A DNA stretch of 64,000 nucleotides from Thermoplasmata archaeon (GTDB lineage: Archaea > Thermoplasmatota > Thermoplasmata > Lutacidiplasmatales > UBA184): NCBI GenBank assembly GCA_022749895.1, contig JAKIWS010000002.1:24387-88386 (forward strand), read 5' to 3'. A model generated the notes under the pieces. The model searched no databases, had not been told where the DNA came from, and was given only the letters and a program-made list of their open reading frames with translations. Every line of letters begins with the position of its first letter. Within the stretch, counting starts at the first letter, position 1. A program made the translations under genes and the position numbers. Below, in pieces: positions 61,888 to 64,000 of the stretch.

Positions 61888-61903
61888 AACCAATTGGACT
61901 TCT

Positions 61904-61912
61904 ATATAAAAG
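61904..61912. promoter_or_regulatory. Canonical archaeal TATA box (TATATAAAA / TTTTATATA) in a divergent intergenic region
   Basis: The sequence TTCTATATAAAAGACA is the most AT-rich spot in the window. On the minus strand its centre is about 21-30 nt upstream of the ATGs at 61887, 61884 and 61878, which implies a leaderless regulator mRNA. It may also serve the plus-strand gene at 62003. Confidence 0.6.
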
Positions 61913-62002
61913 ACACAGGTAAGTTCTCCCGAAGCTGCGAACTCGCTCGGCCGTGCGGATTCGTGGCCAAACCGTCATCCCCGCACCACGGCATCGTACG
62001 TC

Positions 62003-62833
62003 GTGCCGGCCGCAGAGCTGCAACCGCTCTGGGACGTCGCGGCGCTGAAGGTCGCTCCCCCCGGCCGGTCGCCGTACCTGGTCATCGCCGATCTCCACTT
62101 GGGGCTGGGAGCGCACGACGCGCATGCACGCGGGCCGCCGAATGCTGAAGCGGCCGGGCTCGCAGAGATTCTCTGCCGGGCCGCCCGGTCGGCTCAGCTA
62201 CGGAGCATCGTCGTCGCCGGCGATGTGAAGCAACCGATCGTCGGGACCCCACGGCCCCTTCGGCCGGTGATCTTCGACTTCTTCTCGACGTTGCTCGCCG
62301 AGGGCCTGCGCGTCGAGGTGGTGCTGGGCAACCATGACGTCGGGCTGACCCCACACCTCCCGCGGGAGGTCCGCGTGGCGCCGGCGACCGGCATCGTTCG
62401 GGGTGGCGTCGGGATCTTCCACGGGCATGGGTGGCCGTCCCGCGCCGTGCTGCGCGCTGGTTCGCTCGTCGTCGGTCACCTTCACCCCGGGGTGCGTCTC
62501 GCGCCGACCGCGGACGAGGACCGGGGCAAGGTGAGGTGTTGGGTTCGAGCGACGCGCCGTCCGGCCGGGCCACCGACCGCCCGTGGATCGCGAACGCCGA
62601 CCATCGCGGCCGAGGAAGTCGTCGTCGTTCCCGCGTTCAACCCGATCACGGGAACCGAAGCGTTGAATCGGCAACGACCGAGCCGGGGCCGCTCGTTTCT
62701 CTTCCGCCGTTTCCTCGCGGGGGCCGCGATGCGGGCCTACCTGCTCGACGGGACCGACCTGGGCGAGCTCGTCACGCCGGGGGATCCCGACCCCCGCCCA
62801 AAAGGAGCGGGCCGACGGCCGCCGGGTCGGTGA
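62003..62833 (+). CDS. Calcineurin-like metallophosphoesterase (COG1407-like)
   Basis: ORF 62003..62833 (GTG start). Metallophosphoesterase motifs are present: VIADLHLG, VVAGDVKQ, LGNHD and FHGH. Confidence 0.7.
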   Translation: MPAAELQPLWDVAALKVAPPGRSPYLVIADLHLGLGAHDAHARGPPNAEAAGLAEILCRAARSAQLRSIVVAGDVKQPIVGTPRPLRPVIFDFFSTLLAEGLRVEVVLGNHDVGLTPHLPREVRVAPATGIVRGGVGIFHGHGWPSRAVLRAGSLVVGHLHPGVRLAPTADEDRGKVRCWVRATRRPAGPPTARGSRTPTIAAEEVVVVPAFNPITGTEALNRQRPSRGRSFLFRRFLAGAAMRAYLLDGTDLGELVTPGDPDPRPKGAGRRPPGR

Positions 62834-64000
62834 CCGGCGGGAGACACCGGGTTCCGAAGCAAACGAGGAGGCGCTCCGCGCCGGGTCCCGAGGCCGACGT
62901 GAGCTCCTCGGGCAAGGAGAACGGCGGGGGTGGGGTTCCCCGGAACAACCAGGCGTCGGGGTACCACGCGGCGCTGGCGGCCCGGAACAGCCGGTCCGAT
63001 CCCGGACCGGTCCCCTCGACGACGAGTCGAGCGGCCGGAGTGTCAACGAGTCCGACCGCGAGGGCGGCGCCGGTCGCGAACAATCCCGCGTGGCCGAGTC
63101 GGCCCTGGACGGCGGTGAGCAGCGTGCGCGCTTTCTCCCTCCACGCGTCGTTCTGGGTCAGGCTCGCGAGCCTCAGCATAGCGAGCGCCGCTGCGGAATT
63201 CGGCGAGAGGTGCGGATGGTCTTCCAGGGGGAAGCTCGGCTCCCCGACCGAACCGATCGTCGGGCCATTGTAGAGATTGGGGCCGAGGTCGCGGAGGACC
63301 CCGTTATCGGCCCGGAACTCCCGGTCGATGAGCGTGAGGAGCTCTTCGGCCGGTCGGACGTACTGCGCATCCCCGGTCGCCCCCGCGAGCTCCACGAGGC
63401 CGTAGGCGAGCTCGGCCTGGTCGGCGAGATGGCCCCAGCCGTGGCCCCCGGCGTCGTCGACGCGATGGGCAACTCCTTTGGCGGGATCGTAAGCGTACTT
63501 CAGGAACCGCTCGGCGGCGCGGCGGGCCGTGATGACGATCGACGGCTCCGCGAGGAGTTGTCCCGCGTGGGCGAAGGCCCGGATGAACGCCCCGTTGATG
63601 TCCGCGTAGAGCGCGGTGTCGACGATCGGGGTCGGCCGTTCGTTCCGCGCGGCGCGCAGTTTCGTGAGCGCGGAGGCGAGGCGCTCATTGGCCTCCGTCT
63701 CGCCGAGCTCGGAGCCAGCCCGGGCCTCGTTGACGGACATGAGGCGGTAGAGGACATTGCGATCCGGGTCGTGCGGCATTCGTCCGTCGCTCCCCACACC
63801 GTAGACCCGGGTGACCAAGCGAAGTTCTTCGCCCGTGAGCACGGCCTTGAGCTCCGGCCGACTCCACGTGAAGTAGCTCCCGTCATCGCCGGGAGCGTTA
63901 TCGGCATCCTGACTCGCCGCGAAGCCTCCGCCCTTCTGGACGAGGACGTTCTGGACCCACTCGACCGTGTCGCGGACCGTCTCGACGAACCGGACGTCCC
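62772..64000 (-). CDS. Thioredoxin-domain/six-hairpin (YyaL, DUF255)-family protein, 5' end outside window
   Basis: ORF 62772..63842 continues in frame to the window edge (…KGGGFAASQDADNAPGDDGSYFTWSRPELKAV-LTGEEL…). The (alpha/alpha)6-like region with GWGHLADQAELAYGLVEL is typical of YyaL-like proteins. Confidence 0.75.
   Translation of the reverse strand, partial: DVRFVETVRDTVEWVQNVLVQKGGGFAASQDADNAPGDDGSYFTWSRPELKAVLTGEELRLVTRVYGVGSDGRMPHDPDRNVLYRLMSVNEARAGSELGETEANERLASALTKLRAARNERPTPIVDTALYADINGAFIRAFAHAGQLLAEPSIVITARRAAERFLKYAYDPAKGVAHRVDDAGGHGWGHLADQAELAYGLVELAGATGDAQYVRPAEELLTLIDREFRADNGVLRDLGPNLYNGPTIGSVGEPSFPLEDHPHLSPNSAAALAMLRLASLTQNDAWREKARTLLTAVQGRLGHAGLFATGAALAVGLVDTPAARLVVEGTGPGSDRLFRAASAAWYPDAWLFRGTPPPPFSLPEELTSASGPGAERLLVCFGTRCLPPVTDPAAVGPLLLGGGRDPPA

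Noticed and set aside
1-64000. Searched for mobile elements, prophage or plasmid genes, toxin-antitoxin pairs, restriction-modification or other defence systems, and rRNA
   Set aside because: I recognised no transposase, integrase, Cas, endonuclease/methylase pair or rRNA-like sequence. The methyltransferases present (class I SAM, FkbM, PrmC-like, Trm1) lack partner nucleases.

Overview
This is a very GC-rich window (about two thirds or more G+C by eye, not computed), gene-dense, and archaeal in character. The archaeal markers are an intron-containing tRNA-Trp with a bulge-helix-bulge splice motif, aSUI1, Trm1, a THEP1 NTPase, an archaeal-type GlyRS, a COG1395-like HTH regulator, and TATA-like boxes about 25-29 nt upstream of many start codons. 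The gene content suggests a Thermoplasmatota-like euryarchaeon, but that is inference only.

Most of the window is housekeeping:
- an eight-gene haem operon (hemA-C-D-B-Q-L-E-H)
- two ABC transporters
- a larE-uvrB-regulator operon
- an Lhr helicase, trm1, purQ, moaA/moeA and glyS
- a tandem thymidylate-kinase pair with ppx
- two tRNAs

The least explained region is a minus-strand envelope cluster at 25.7-34.4 kb. It contains:
- a roughly 1280-aa protein with about 12 Kelch blades and five Ig-like repeats
- a membrane-tethered winged-helix regulator co-transcribed with it
- two proteins sharing a 2TM/PH-like/zinc-ribbon module, one of them fused behind a Kelch ectodomain
- a tandem C2H2 zinc-finger protein
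- a possible P-loop-less RecA/KaiC-like protein

Next to this cluster are a 334-nt structured non-coding region and the tRNA-Trp intron, which has a C-box-like motif and an anticodon-complementary stretch.

Other oddities are a GcvH-like/TusA-like fusion beside a rhodanese, a coproporphyrin-type haem gene set in an archaeon, degenerate P-loops in two kinase-like proteins, and two genes with long Arg/Pro-rich read-through tails.

I saw no CRISPR array, integrase, transposase or rRNA. All coordinates were indexed by hand and all family calls rest on motif recognition, not searches.
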